Positions 38,925 through 47,838 of a stretch of 64,000 bases of DNA are shown here, in pieces. The DNA is taken from assembly GCA_963718645.1 (NCBI GenBank), contig OY970373.1:5802452-5866451 (forward strand). Direction: 5' to 3'. Below the pieces are notes generated by a model that saw only the letters and a program-made list of their open reading frames with translations, was not told the origin of the DNA and did no database searches. The translations under genes and the position numbers were made by a program. Source of the stretch: an uncultured Acidobacteriota bacterium. GTDB taxonomy: Bacteria > Acidobacteriota > Thermoanaerobaculia > Multivoradales > UBA5704. Positions within the stretch are counted from its first letter, which is position 1; every line of letters begins with the position of its first letter.

Positions 38925-39125
38925 CATCTTTTGGAGGGGGAGGCTCGCCCTCTCAAACTTTTCCGAAAAAACCCGTAGGGGAGGCCTCCCCTCCCAAAGA
39001 TGCCCAAAAAAACTCGGAGGGGAAGCTTCCCCTTTCAAAAATTTGGAGAGAATCTCGGAGGGCGGGCCTCCCCTCTGAAACTCTTCGAGAAAATCTCGTG
39101 GGGGAGCTCCGCCCTGCCAGATTTT
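38925..39125. repeat. Five tandem ~40-bp units, each a GC palindrome (e.g. GAGGGGAAGCTTCCCCTT) followed by an A-rich spacer
   Basis: Read directly between the PBP1A start and the tRNA cluster. Confidence 0.75.
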
Positions 39126-39271
39126 GTCGGTGTCCAGCTTCAGCGACGGCTGGCGGGCTTCCCCTGCGCTTGGGGCAGCGACCTTCTGCGCTGTCTCGCT
39201 GCCCGTCGCGCTCGCCTCGATTTGACTCACCGGCCGGCCTCGCTTACACTGTGCCGCCTGCGCGTTTCCGT

Positions 39272-39345
39272 CGGGGCGTAGCGCAGCCTGGTAGCGCACC
39301 TGCCTTGGGCGCAGGGGGTCCCCAGTTCAAATCTGGGCGCCCCGA
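39272..39345 (+). tRNA. tRNA-Pro (TGG)
   Basis: CGGGGCG acceptor, anticodon loop CTTGGGC, TTCAAATCT T-loop. Confidence 0.85.
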
Positions 39346-39392
39346 TACCGACGGCGCTTTCAGGGGCCGGAACCGGACGCGCAAGACCACGG

Positions 39393-39469
39393 CTGCCTGT
39401 AGCTCAGTTGGATAGAGCGGCGGCCTTCTAAGCCGCGGGTCGGGGGTTCGAATCCCTCCAGGCAGGCCA
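39393..39469 (+). tRNA. tRNA-Arg (TCT)
   Basis: GTAGCTCAGTTGGATAGAGC D-arm, anticodon loop CTTCTAA, GGTTCGAATCC, encoded CCA. Confidence 0.85.
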
Positions 39470-39505
39470 TTACCGGTTCTCTTTCAACACCGCGCACTTC
39501 CACGC

Positions 39506-39582
39506 GCGCCCTTAGCTCAGCTGGATAGAGCGGCAGCCTCCGAAGCTGTAGGTCAGAGGTTCGAATCCTCTAGGGCGCACCA
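39506..39582 (+). tRNA. tRNA-Arg (CCG); integration target of the downstream island
   Basis: GCGCCCT acceptor, anticodon loop CTCCGAA, GGTTCGAATCC, CCA. Its 3' 46 nt are repeated at 45794-45839. Confidence 0.9.
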
Positions 39583-39867
39583 TCTAAGCCCAATAAAATC
39601 AGATAGTTACGAGCGAGCCGCTGAAGTGGCTCCAGAGCCCCTTTTTGCTCGTGGACCACTGGTGGACCACTGGTGCGCTCGCTTGGGTCCACGCCGAGCC
39701 GGCCGGCTCACCCCTCCCTCGCGCCACTTCTCCCAGAAACACGACCGGCGCCAATGCGGCGCCGGGTTCAAACCTCCGTCTCCCTTCCTGGGAGCGGACC
39801 AAACCAGACGGCCCGGCGGGTGTGCGACCACGCCGCCGGACCTGACCCGAGCACAGGAGAACACCCC

Positions 39868-40191
39868 ATGCCCGAGCTGCCGGAAGTCTACCGCACGCCC
39901 CCGGACCTCATCCGCTACACGGAAGCCACCCGCCGCGACCTCTATGACCGGCTGGTAGCGATCCAATTCACCGCCCCGGACCCCGCGACCGTCGAGCATC
40001 CGGAGGACGTCTTCACCCCCTACGACCCGGATACGGCCGGGTTGGTCATCTTCCACGTCCTGGGGCGATGGTTTGCCACTTGGACCGACCTCGACGCCGC
40101 CCCCGAGCTGCCGGAGGATCGCCGCCGCGAGCTGGTACGCATCGAAGCCGATCCCACCACCTCAAACGGCATCATGCTCTATGAGGTCTGA
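39868..40191 (+). CDS. Hypothetical protein (island)
   Basis: ORF with internal ATG at 39868 (MPELPEVYRTPPDL...). No recognised domain. Confidence 0.4.
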   Translation: MPELPEVYRTPPDLIRYTEATRRDLYDRLVAIQFTAPDPATVEHPEDVFTPYDPDTAGLVIFHVLGRWFATWTDLDAAPELPEDRRRELVRIEADPTTSNGIMLYEV

Positions 40192-40194
40192 GCC

Positions 40195-40560
40195 ATGAGG
40201 GAACGGAAAGAGGCGGTCACCCTCAAGGCTACAACCTGGGAACTGGAGAGCTGGCGCGATGCCGCCCGCCGGGTCAAGCGGGACGTCCCCCGCTTCCTCA
40301 TCTTCGCGGGCGACGCCACGGCCCGCTACCTGCGGGAGTTGGACCGCCAGCGCCGGCCGGACTTCGTCATGATCCGGGAGACGGAGAAGCGGAAGCTTGG
40401 CGCCTTGCTCAAAGCGGCGCGGGAGGCCGTCGAGCACCTTCCCAAGGTCCACCACAGCCCGATCTACGGCCCCCGGCCAATCCAGCGAAACCTACGGGAC
40501 GCCGTGGAGGAAATCGACCGCTTCCTAATTGGACGCGGGGAGGAGTATCCGTGCGACTGA
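40195..40560 (+). CDS. Hypothetical protein (island)
   Basis: 121-aa ORF immediately after the previous one. No recognised domain. Confidence 0.4.
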   Translation: MRERKEAVTLKATTWELESWRDAARRVKRDVPRFLIFAGDATARYLRELDRQRRPDFVMIRETEKRKLGALLKAAREAVEHLPKVHHSPIYGPRPIQRNLRDAVEEIDRFLIGRGEEYPCD

Positions 40561-40725
40561 AGACGGCCCGCGCGAGTGCTCCAATGATCCCCACCCCTCC
40601 CGCGTAGTACCTCCGGGCCGGTTCCGACAGCGGGGCCGGCCCCCTCTTTCGACTCACAAGCAGGATCGGGGGGCGGTTCCTTTGTACGGGGCCGCCCCTT
40701 CTAGTTTTCCCAGGGAGAGCAAGCG

Positions 40726-40983
40726 GTGAACAGGAAAAGCGTAAAGGCATGGTGTGACGAAACCGAGCCGCCCGCCACGTGGAAGGGACTATCCACCGCG
40801 TACAGAGCGGGAGCGAAAGCGAGGGCGGCGGGTAAGGACAGAACCGAGTGCCGCTATGGGAGAGAGGATCTTGCTCGGGCTTGGCTAAGTGGGTTTGATG
40901 GAATGGACGGGTTTCTCTCCGGCGGTGGAATTCTGCTTTGCGATCTTTGCGGCCAAGAGCTTAAACCCACCCCTCCCGCTTAG
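40726..40983 (+). CDS. Hypothetical protein (island), flanked by ~50-bp direct repeats
   Basis: 85-aa ORF. Repeats ccacccctcccgc(g/t)tag(t/c)acct(c/t)ccgggccggttccgacagcggggccggcc at 40585-40640 and 40963-41020. Confidence 0.35.
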   Translation: MNRKSVKAWCDETEPPATWKGLSTAYRAGAKARAAGKDRTECRYGREDLARAWLSGFDGMDGFLSGGGILLCDLCGQELKPTPPA

Positions 40984-41281
40984 CACCTTCCGGGCCGGTT
41001 CCGACAGCGGGGCCGGCCTTCACTTTGGGGCCGGTTCAACCTTGCTTCCCTACAGCCGTCCCCCTGTTCAAAAAAATCTGAGTCTCCGTGCGCTCTCGCG
41101 AGATGCGATGCTACAATCCCATGGGGAATTCGGAAGCCTATGAGCGACTGTGAGCCCCGGTGCAATCCTGCCAACGCGGACACGGGAGCCGTACAGGCTT
41201 TGTATCTAAATGGATACTTGATCTAGCTTACGGAAGGAAAGGAGAAGATATGCCGAAGGAGAAGATATCCAACAATTTAAG

Positions 41282-42082
41282 TTGTCCTCGGAGAGAAGGG
41301 CTATTGTCGTGATAGCGGCGTACTTTGACGAAAGCGAGCGCGAGGATGGCACTTTTTGTGTCGCGGCTTACTGCTACTTCCCAGGGAAAGCAGAAAAGCT
41401 CGATAAACGGTGGCGTAAGATAATGGGTGGAAAAATTTTTCATGCTACCGATATGAATAATCGAGTAGGCGATTTTGAGGGCCTTGACCCGAGCATCAGT
41501 GACCAGATGTATCGCAAACTGATAGACGCTATCTTGAAGCACTTTGAATTTGGAGTTGTTCTTTCGCTTAACCCTCGTGACGTAACTGTAGAATGGCCAG
41601 GGCTTGACGGGTTCAAAACAGCTTATGCTCTTTGTTGTACTCTTGTTGTATCGACGATATCATCTCACCTTGACAGGTTGGGCATCAAATCTCGTGTGGC
41701 TTATATATTTGAGGCCGGACATAGACATCATAGTGAGGTGGAAAGATTCATGAATTCGGTGGCGCTCAGCTCTAATCGCTATCACTATCTCTCTCATTCT
41801 TTCGAGCCTAAAGACAGCGAGACACTATTACAGACCGCAGACCTTCTTGCCTGGGAGTGGGGTAAGTACATATCCGAAGTTAGTCAAAAAATGTCTATGA
41901 GACGGTCGTTGGAAGAGTTGTTATACAGAGATCCTCATAAGCAGATGGTGGGCAATCTCTCCACGAAAGATCTTGAAGAAGATATTGCAAAATTCAGAAC
42001 GATGGAGGAAATGGTGCGCAGTGCGCCGGATGCGTCTGCTTTCCTGAAGAAATTTAATCAGCGGCCAGCCCGGGAGCCCTAA
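41282..42082 (+). CDS. DUF3800-like protein (island cargo, AT-richer)
   Basis: N-terminal IAAYFDESERE (DUF3800 'DESG'-type motif) and C-terminal LQTADLLAWEW. Visibly lower GC than surroundings. Confidence 0.5.
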   Translation: MSSERRAIVVIAAYFDESEREDGTFCVAAYCYFPGKAEKLDKRWRKIMGGKIFHATDMNNRVGDFEGLDPSISDQMYRKLIDAILKHFEFGVVLSLNPRDVTVEWPGLDGFKTAYALCCTLVVSTISSHLDRLGIKSRVAYIFEAGHRHHSEVERFMNSVALSSNRYHYLSHSFEPKDSETLLQTADLLAWEWGKYISEVSQKMSMRRSLEELLYRDPHKQMVGNLSTKDLEEDIAKFRTMEEMVRSAPDASAFLKKFNQRPAREP

Positions 42083-42094
42083 AAGGCTGCCCCT

Positions 42095-42547
42095 CTAAGC
42101 GGTCAATAACTGGCCAACAGGACCCAACATCTCTAGTAGTATCTCCTCCTGGTCCGGTGTCAGTCTCTTGCCCGATCCCTCAAAGAGAATATATAGCTTC
42201 AGGGGGACAGAGAGGGAGTCTACCTCTATGTTATTGTCTTGAGTCTCAATAGGTCCGCCGTCCTTTCCAAATAACTCCACTGCTTTTGTTGGATGAAACC
42301 CTGTACGGTCTAAGACTATCTGAGATGCCTTCACTATAGAAGTTAGATCGTTGCTCTGAAGTGCCTTATGTAGTCCAGCCAATGCAGGCTCTACCAATTC
42401 GGCGAGACGTTCCTTTGCAGACTTCTTTACCTGTGGCGCTCTTCCACCGTGAGTCGCACAAACGGTAGAGCCGTTGATCGCCCACCGTTCGCACTGGCGG
42501 GAGCCGTCTGAGACGTGGGCTGTGCAGCGCTGTCTACGGGCTATCAT
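42095..42547 (-). CDS. Hypothetical protein with N-terminal Cys/His cluster (island cargo)
   Basis: RCTAHVSDGSRQCERWAINGSTVCATHGG zinc-finger-like N-terminus. 150 aa. AT-richer. Confidence 0.45.
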   Translation of the reverse strand: MIARRQRCTAHVSDGSRQCERWAINGSTVCATHGGRAPQVKKSAKERLAELVEPALAGLHKALQSNDLTSIVKASQIVLDRTGFHPTKAVELFGKDGGPIETQDNNIEVDSLSVPLKLYILFEGSGKRLTPDQEEILLEMLGPVGQLLTA

Positions 42548-42766
42548 GGGTCACGCCTTTCATGGGTGGCTGTTACCTCTGGACGGGCTGGACAGGTTGG
42601 CGTGCCGGGCACTCCTATTTATACTTATACTATTCTATTACTGGCCCACTATGTGAAGTCCGTGAAGTCTCCGGCTTCATCGTCCGGACTTCATGATGTC
42701 CCCCTTCTGAATTACGAGACTTCCCGCGTTAGACTTCATGAAGCGGCTTTGGTGAAGTGGAGAGCT

Positions 42767-43465
42767 TCACCCGACGTGCCGCCCCTGCTTCACGTCTCGG
42801 AGATGGGCTAATCCGGCTTTCCCCATACAGTGCCGGAAGCGCACCCTGCTTCTGAAGTGGTCCACGTACTCTCTGCACTCTATCCTGGTATTCTCTGCGA
42901 GGCAATCTTCATCCGCCCATGCGGCAAAACACGCTATAGTTGCCACCACCATGCGATCCTCGCCCAGAGTCTCAAGAACGGTAGTGAGTGACTTTCTCGG
43001 TTCCTCTCCGTAATAGAACGTGTGGTGCTTGAAACTGCCCAACCGCTTAAAGCCAAATTCCCTCAAGAAGTCTCCTAGATCCTTGTCCTCATCCGTCCCA
43101 AGATCGCCCAATTCCTGGAACTCACTTCTTAGTGCGGCATAGTCTTTAATCTCGGGCCAGTCGGCTACCTTCTTAATGCCGATGTCGAGAGAGCAGTGCC
43201 AAATGGCTTTTAAGGCTACTGCTCGCCCGTTTAGAGTAATCTCGGGCTTTATCTTTTCGACGATATGGTGTCCTAGAGGAGGCATGCACTTGATTGATAG
43301 ACTCTGCTCTCCTGAATTCCTGTCGAGCAGGAAGTTATAGTAATCTCTGTTTAGGGTCTCGACGATTCCCTTCTCGGCGTCTGGTTCATAATCCTCAAAA
43401 TCGACCGCAGATCCTTTGACGAATAGGGGGCGGGATTCTTGGCTTTCCCTCTGGGGTCTTGCCAT
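42767..43465 (-). CDS. Hypothetical protein (island cargo)
   Basis: ORF with probable start at MARPQRESQ. No recognised domain. Confidence 0.45.
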   Translation of the reverse strand: MARPQRESQESRPLFVKGSAVDFEDYEPDAEKGIVETLNRDYYNFLLDRNSGEQSLSIKCMPPLGHHIVEKIKPEITLNGRAVALKAIWHCSLDIGIKKVADWPEIKDYAALRSEFQELGDLGTDEDKDLGDFLREFGFKRLGSFKHHTFYYGEEPRKSLTTVLETLGEDRMVVATIACFAAWADEDCLAENTRIECREYVDHFRSRVRFRHCMGKAGLAHLRDVKQGRHVG

Positions 43466-43478
43466 TGTCGTTTCCTCT

Positions 43479-43712
43479 TCACTCAAGACACCCTTCACTC
43501 TCACGGTAATCTGGTCCACCACGGGGAGCCGCAGCGATGAACGCGGCGAGATCTTCCTCTTTCCAGCCACTCACACCAGGGCCGAGAATGACTCGGGGCG
43601 CCAGCCGGCCGGAGGACTCCCAGCGGTAAAGAGTCGCCCGGGAAATCCCCAGAAGACGGGCGGCTTTAGCGGGGCGAATGATCGGGGAGACGATCGGGGA
43701 TACAGACATCAT
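43479..43712 (-). CDS. AlpA-family phage transcriptional regulator / excisionase-like HTH protein
   Basis: LLGISRATLYRWESSGRLAP is the AlpA/Xis-type HTH. Confidence 0.7.
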   Translation of the reverse strand: MMSVSPIVSPIIRPAKAARLLGISRATLYRWESSGRLAPRVILGPGVSGWKEEDLAAFIAAAPRGGPDYRESEGCLE

Positions 43713-43826
43713 TTCGGTGCCTCCTTTGTTGCGCCGTGACACAGAGCGGAATGCGATGCTCTGCGATACCGCTCCATTGGACCACGCCGCCCTAGGGGCG
43801 CCGCAAGTTGAAAACTCTGAGAGTTT

Positions 43827-44366
43827 CTAACGTTTGACGGGGCGCGCCAGCTCGTACCAGATACTCGCGACGCGCTCGCTTGAGAGAGAGTATTCGTCCG
43901 CGACCTGATTAAAAACATCCAACATGGCAGGCTTTGGGTCACCTTCGATCAGCACAGCGACGCTTTCTGCAATGAACATGTCGCGGGAGTCAATGACGGC
44001 CTGCGCCGTGATTGAAGGGCCGCCGCCACTTCCTTTCAGGCCGAGAGCGGCGACAATCGCATTTCCCCCCTTCGGACGCTCTACGCACAGAGCCTTGGCC
44101 CATTGGTCGAACAGCTCAAGTACCCATCCGGGAATGTCGAGCTTCATACGGCGCGCTATGCGGTAGGCAGTAAACGCGTGGATTGGATTTCGGTTCCGCG
44201 CGTAGAGTACCCGAGAACGCTCTATGAAAAACTTCACTGACTTGGCCTTGGACCGTTGCCAAGCCTCCAATTGCCGCTGCCTTTCCGCGTCCAGTGGTTT
44301 GCTCTCTTCCATCATTGGCTCCGCGTGAACGTCACCTTTTCGCCCCGGCCGCGCCGAAGATTTCAT
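43827..44366 (-). CDS. Hypothetical phage/island protein
   Basis: 179-aa ORF whose start overlaps the integrase stop by 4 nt. No recognised domain. Confidence 0.4.
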   Translation of the reverse strand: MKSSARPGRKGDVHAEPMMEESKPLDAERQRQLEAWQRSKAKSVKFFIERSRVLYARNRNPIHAFTAYRIARRMKLDIPGWVLELFDQWAKALCVERPKGGNAIVAALGLKGSGGGPSITAQAVIDSRDMFIAESVAVLIEGDPKPAMLDVFNQVADEYSLSSERVASIWYELARPVKR

Positions 44367-45598
44367 CTCACCCGCTCCGCAATCCTCACCACGTTGGACC
44401 GCTCCTCCCCCGCGAGGACTCTTTCCACAAGATCCCCGAGCAAAATCACGGCTTGCCGTTTTTCCGCGTCATAGCCGGCGCGGTTGTAGGTGCGGGAGAT
44501 GCGGCCGGCGGCATGGTTCAAGAGCTGGTCTATGGTGTCAGGGCGGACCCCGGAGCGGCCGAGCCACGTTGCGGCCGTCCTCCGGAGGTCGTGCGGGGTG
44601 AAGTGGTCCAAGCCGGACCACGCCCGGAGCCGCGCCGAGCTGTGCGACAACCACGTGAGCCGCTTGCCGTCCGCGCGGGAGGCGAACACCCATTCCGTCG
44701 AGCCGGTGAGGGGGCGGAGAGCTTCAACCACCGCGAGAGCTTGCGGCGATAGCGGCACGCGGTGCGCGCGGTTGGTTTTCGTCAGCTCCGCCGGAAGGTT
44801 CCACCACCACCCCCGGGAGTCGCGCTCAAGGTCCCGCCAGCGCATAGAGAGCACCTCCCCGGGCCGCTGGGCGGTCAACAGGACCAGACGCCACGCGGCG
44901 GAGACGGCCGGCTGTAAGCGGTCGAAGAAGGGCCATAGGGCGCGGAGCTCATCCTCTGAGAGCACCCTTTCTCGCGGCTTCTCTGCATAGAGCCGCTTGA
45001 GGCCATGGACGGGATTGGTCTCGACGCGCTCTCTCTCCATTCCGAAGCTGAAAACCCGGGATATCAGGGTCCGGGTCCGATTGGCGCAGACGCCACCCCG
45101 ATCCAATGCGATCCTTTCGAGCAACTCGCGGACATCAGTCCGGCGGATCTCTGCGGCCGGCCGGGAGCCCCACACCGGGAGCACTTCAACCCGTAGTTTC
45201 CGCTCGTCTTCCTTCCAGGCGCGGAGCCGCTTGTTTCGCTTCGCGTGCTCTTCCAGGTAGAAGGCCGAGAGGGCTTCAAACGTCTCGCTTCCGGCTTTCT
45301 TGCGGGCGGCACGGTCGGCCTTCCGCTCGGCCATCGGGTCGCGGTCGTGGACCTTGACGCCTCCAAGGAGTTCCCGGGCCTTGTCCCGCGCCTTTTTCAG
45401 ACTGAGGGCCGGGTACTCGGCGAAGGTGATTCGACGCCGGCCGCCACTCGGGCCGTAGCGCAGAAACCAGAATTTGCGTCCACTCGGGAGGACACGGAGC
45501 CCGAGCCCGGGGACCTCGCCGTCCGCAAGCTCGAAGCGGGTCCCTTTGCTCGCGGTGCGGATCTGAAGATCGGAGAGGGGGGCAGTTGCACGCCTCAT
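44363..45598 (-). CDS. Tyrosine-type site-specific integrase (P4-like)
   Basis: N-terminal DUF4102-like arm-binding region (LSDLQIRTAKSKGTRFELADG...GLGLRVLPSGRKFWFLRY). Catalytic R...HxxR...Y (HDLRRTAATWL...LNHAAGRISRTYNRAGY). Start chosen at MRRATAPLS. Confidence 0.85.
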   Translation of the reverse strand: MRRATAPLSDLQIRTASKGTRFELADGEVPGLGLRVLPSGRKFWFLRYGPSGGRRRITFAEYPALSLKKARDKARELLGGVKVHDRDPMAERKADRAARKKAGSETFEALSAFYLEEHAKRNKRLRAWKEDERKLRVEVLPVWGSRPAAEIRRTDVRELLERIALDRGGVCANRTRTLISRVFSFGMERERVETNPVHGLKRLYAEKPRERVLSEDELRALWPFFDRLQPAVSAAWRLVLLTAQRPGEVLSMRWRDLERDSRGWWWNLPAELTKTNRAHRVPLSPQALAVVEALRPLTGSTEWVFASRADGKRLTWLSHSSARLRAWSGLDHFTPHDLRRTAATWLGRSGVRPDTIDQLLNHAAGRISRTYNRAGYDAEKRQAVILLGDLVERVLAGEERSNVVRIAERVR

Positions 45599-46289
45599 GG
45601 TCGGGTGCCTCCGGTTTGACGGGTGGACCTCAAGGCCCGCGCGGAATAGCCGTGGACCACTGGTGGACCACTGGTGGACGCGCTTGCATGGGTTGGCATG
45701 ATGCCGTATGATACAGGCGATGCCGCTAAATGTCCATGCTGTCAGTGACTTAGGGGGACGTGGCGAGACACCATGGAACCCCCCTGGCACAGACTCCGAA
45801 GCTGTAGGTCAGAGGTTCGAATCCTCTAGGGCGCACCATTTAAGTCACCTAAAATCAATGGTTTGCGGCGGGGGCTGACTCGGCTCCAGAGTGTCCTTGT
45901 GCAAAAGGACCCCTGGAGGACCGCTTCCGGCTGGCATCAGGATCCAACGGCTCCAGCGGGAGTGGTCACCCCCACTGGAGCCTGGTCGAGCCGAGGAGAG
46001 CTAGTTCAGCGGGCAGGTAGTAAGCCCGCCGGGGCACACCGTAGCGCTTCCCGCGCCTTCCACGGATCCCAATTCGTTCGCTTCGAGAAGACGGAGAGTT
46101 TCCTTGTTGAGCTTGAGCGACTCCCGGGTCTGGTGTTTGCCCTTCAGCAGGTTCTTTCTCATCGGCTTCTCCTTGTTGGTTAGCGCCCGCTGCGTTGAAG
46201 CGGGTCTAGGACCCGGACAAAATATATGACCAAGGGGTATGAGGCAAGCTCAGTTACAATGAAGACCCGTCCGGAAAGGGAGTGACTTT

Positions 46290-46589
46290 ATGCCCCGCTT
46301 GGCGATCGAAGAAGAGCAACTGGCGCGGTTCTGCCGGAAGCAGCACATCCGTCGGCTGTCCTTGTTCGGTTCCACGCTCGCGGGCACGGAACGGCCGGAC
46401 AGCGACGTCGATCTGCTGGTGGAGTTCGAGCCCGGCTGTGAGCCCGGCCTGCTCGGGTTGGCCTCGATGGAGGCCGAGCTGGCCGCGATGCTGGGCGGGA
46501 AAAGGGTCGACCTGCGCACCCCACAGGATCTCAGCCGGTATTTCCGCGATCAGGTCCTGGGTGGCGCAGAGGTCCAATATGCGGGATGA
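46290..46589 (+). CDS. Minimal nucleotidyltransferase (MntA-type antitoxin of HepT/MNT module)
   Basis: [24 protein letters not shown] is the GS...DxD NTase motif. Confidence 0.7.
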   Translation: MPRLAIEEEQLARFCRKQHIRRLSLFGSTLAGTERPDSDVDLLVEFEPGCEPGLLGLASMEAELAAMLGGKRVDLRTPQDLSRYFRDQVLGGAEVQYAG

Positions 46590-46920
46590 GGATCGCATCC
46601 GTATCCTCCACATGATCGATGCCGCCGAAATCGTGGCGCAGTTCATGGAGGGACGGAGCCGTGACGACCTCGATCGAGACCGTATGCTCCTCTTTGCCCT
46701 GGTGCATGCGATCGAAGTCCTCGGCGAGGCGGCGAGCAAAGTCTCAATCGACGGCCGGGCCGCCGCGCCGCAGATACCGTGGGGGACCATCGTCTCGATG
46801 CGCAACCGGCTTATCCATGGCTACTTCGACATCGACACGACGATTGTGTGGAAGACGGCCACTGTGGAAGTCCCCGCCTTGCTTCCCTTTCTGCGAACGC
46901 TGGCCGATGTGGCGACCTGA
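46579..46920 (+). CDS. HepT-like HEPN toxin (DUF86)
   Basis: Rx4HxY HEPN motif RNRLIHGY. Overlaps MNT gene by 11 nt. Confidence 0.7.
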   Translation: MRDEDRIRILHMIDAAEIVAQFMEGRSRDDLDRDRMLLFALVHAIEVLGEAASKVSIDGRAAAPQIPWGTIVSMRNRLIHGYFDIDTTIVWKTATVEVPALLPFLRTLADVAT

Positions 46921-47076
46921 AGTCGGACAATCATCGGGGCCGGCTAGCTAGTCTCGGCGTGACCCTGCGCGTGGCCTGCTCCGCGGCGCTCAGCCTCACC
47001 ATGGCGACTCGATTAGCTCTTCAATCCATTAACATGCCGATAGAAATAGGCGCGCTTTCCACGCGCTAGTCGAGTC

Positions 47077-47838
47077 ATGCCTAAAGTTTGGATCGGTTCC
47101 GCGTTCAAGATGCCGGAGCGGCTATATCGCTACAGACCCCTTGCAGACGAGAAGCACTGGGGTCACCTTGAGCAGATCTTGCTGGATTCCACAATGTATG
47201 GGGCGCCGCCTGGGGTTCTGCAGCAGGAAGATCCCGAAGACTGCCGCATTGCTGTGAATACCCGCTGCACGTTCGACGAGTTCAAGCAGAGCCGCTATGG
47301 TCAAGAGCCGACGCAGAAATACCTGGATTTGTCTGAGCCTGAAAGCGATTTCTACCTCCGCGAACATTACGAGGATCTAATGAAGCCAGATTTCGCTCCT
47401 GCCGTGGTTGATTCGCTTCGGCGAAGCATAGACCAGTACGGCGTGATCTGTTTCTCCGTAGATGGAGACATCCCAACACAATGGCAGAGCTATGCCTCCC
47501 AAGGGCGAGGAGTGTGTCTGGAGTTCGACCCGCTCAAGGACTCGGACTTCTTCATAAAGGTCAAGCCTGTCGACTATGTCGATGTGCTCGAACCGGCACA
47601 TGTCTTTACTGACACGAGTGAAGCGCAGGTCCGCAAGCGTCTGTATACCAAACTCGTCAAATATGAGAGTGAGGCGGAGTTTCGTGCCCTCTTCGTTGGT
47701 GGAGCTGATCAACAGATACCCTTCAGGCCCGAGGCGCTGATAAGGGTCAAGCCGGGCTCGGAGATGGATGAGGCGAATCGCGGCCGCTTCGAAGCGATCC
47801 TCCGGAAGCGGTGGGCGAAGACAGGGCTTGAAGTCTAG
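47077..47838 (+). CDS. DUF2971 family protein
   Basis: N-terminal LYRYRPL...W and EDPED motifs typical of DUF2971. Sits in an AT-richer stretch. Confidence 0.5.
   Translation: MPKVWIGSAFKMPERLYRYRPLADEKHWGHLEQILLDSTMYGAPPGVLQQEDPEDCRIAVNTRCTFDEFKQSRYGQEPTQKYLDLSEPESDFYLREHYEDLMKPDFAPAVVDSLRRSIDQYGVICFSVDGDIPTQWQSYASQGRGVCLEFDPLKDSDFFIKVKPVDYVDVLEPAHVFTDTSEAQVRKRLYTKLVKYESEAEFRALFVGGADQQIPFRPEALIRVKPGSEMDEANRGRFEAILRKRWAKTGLEV

Larger units (their letters stand above)
39538..45839. mobile_element. tRNA-Arg-inserted integrative genomic island (~6.2 kb) bounded by 46-bp direct repeats (attL 39538-39583, attR 45794-45839)
   Basis: Exact repeat ctccgaagctgtaggtcagaggttcgaatcctctagggcgcaccat at both ends. 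Tyrosine integrase adjacent to attR, AlpA-like excisionase, AT-richer cargo. Confidence 0.85.

Noticed and set aside
39607-40056. 149-aa minus ORF at the island edge
   Set aside because: It runs through the tRNA/att region and the arm-type repeats (shares the repeat-encoded HQWSTSGP peptide with the integrase upstream extension). This is an artefact of the repeats.
44363-45790. Integrase N-terminal extension to 475 aa
   Set aside because: The first 64 codons cross the arm-type repeat and lack integrase homology. Start reassigned to MRRATAPLS at 45598.
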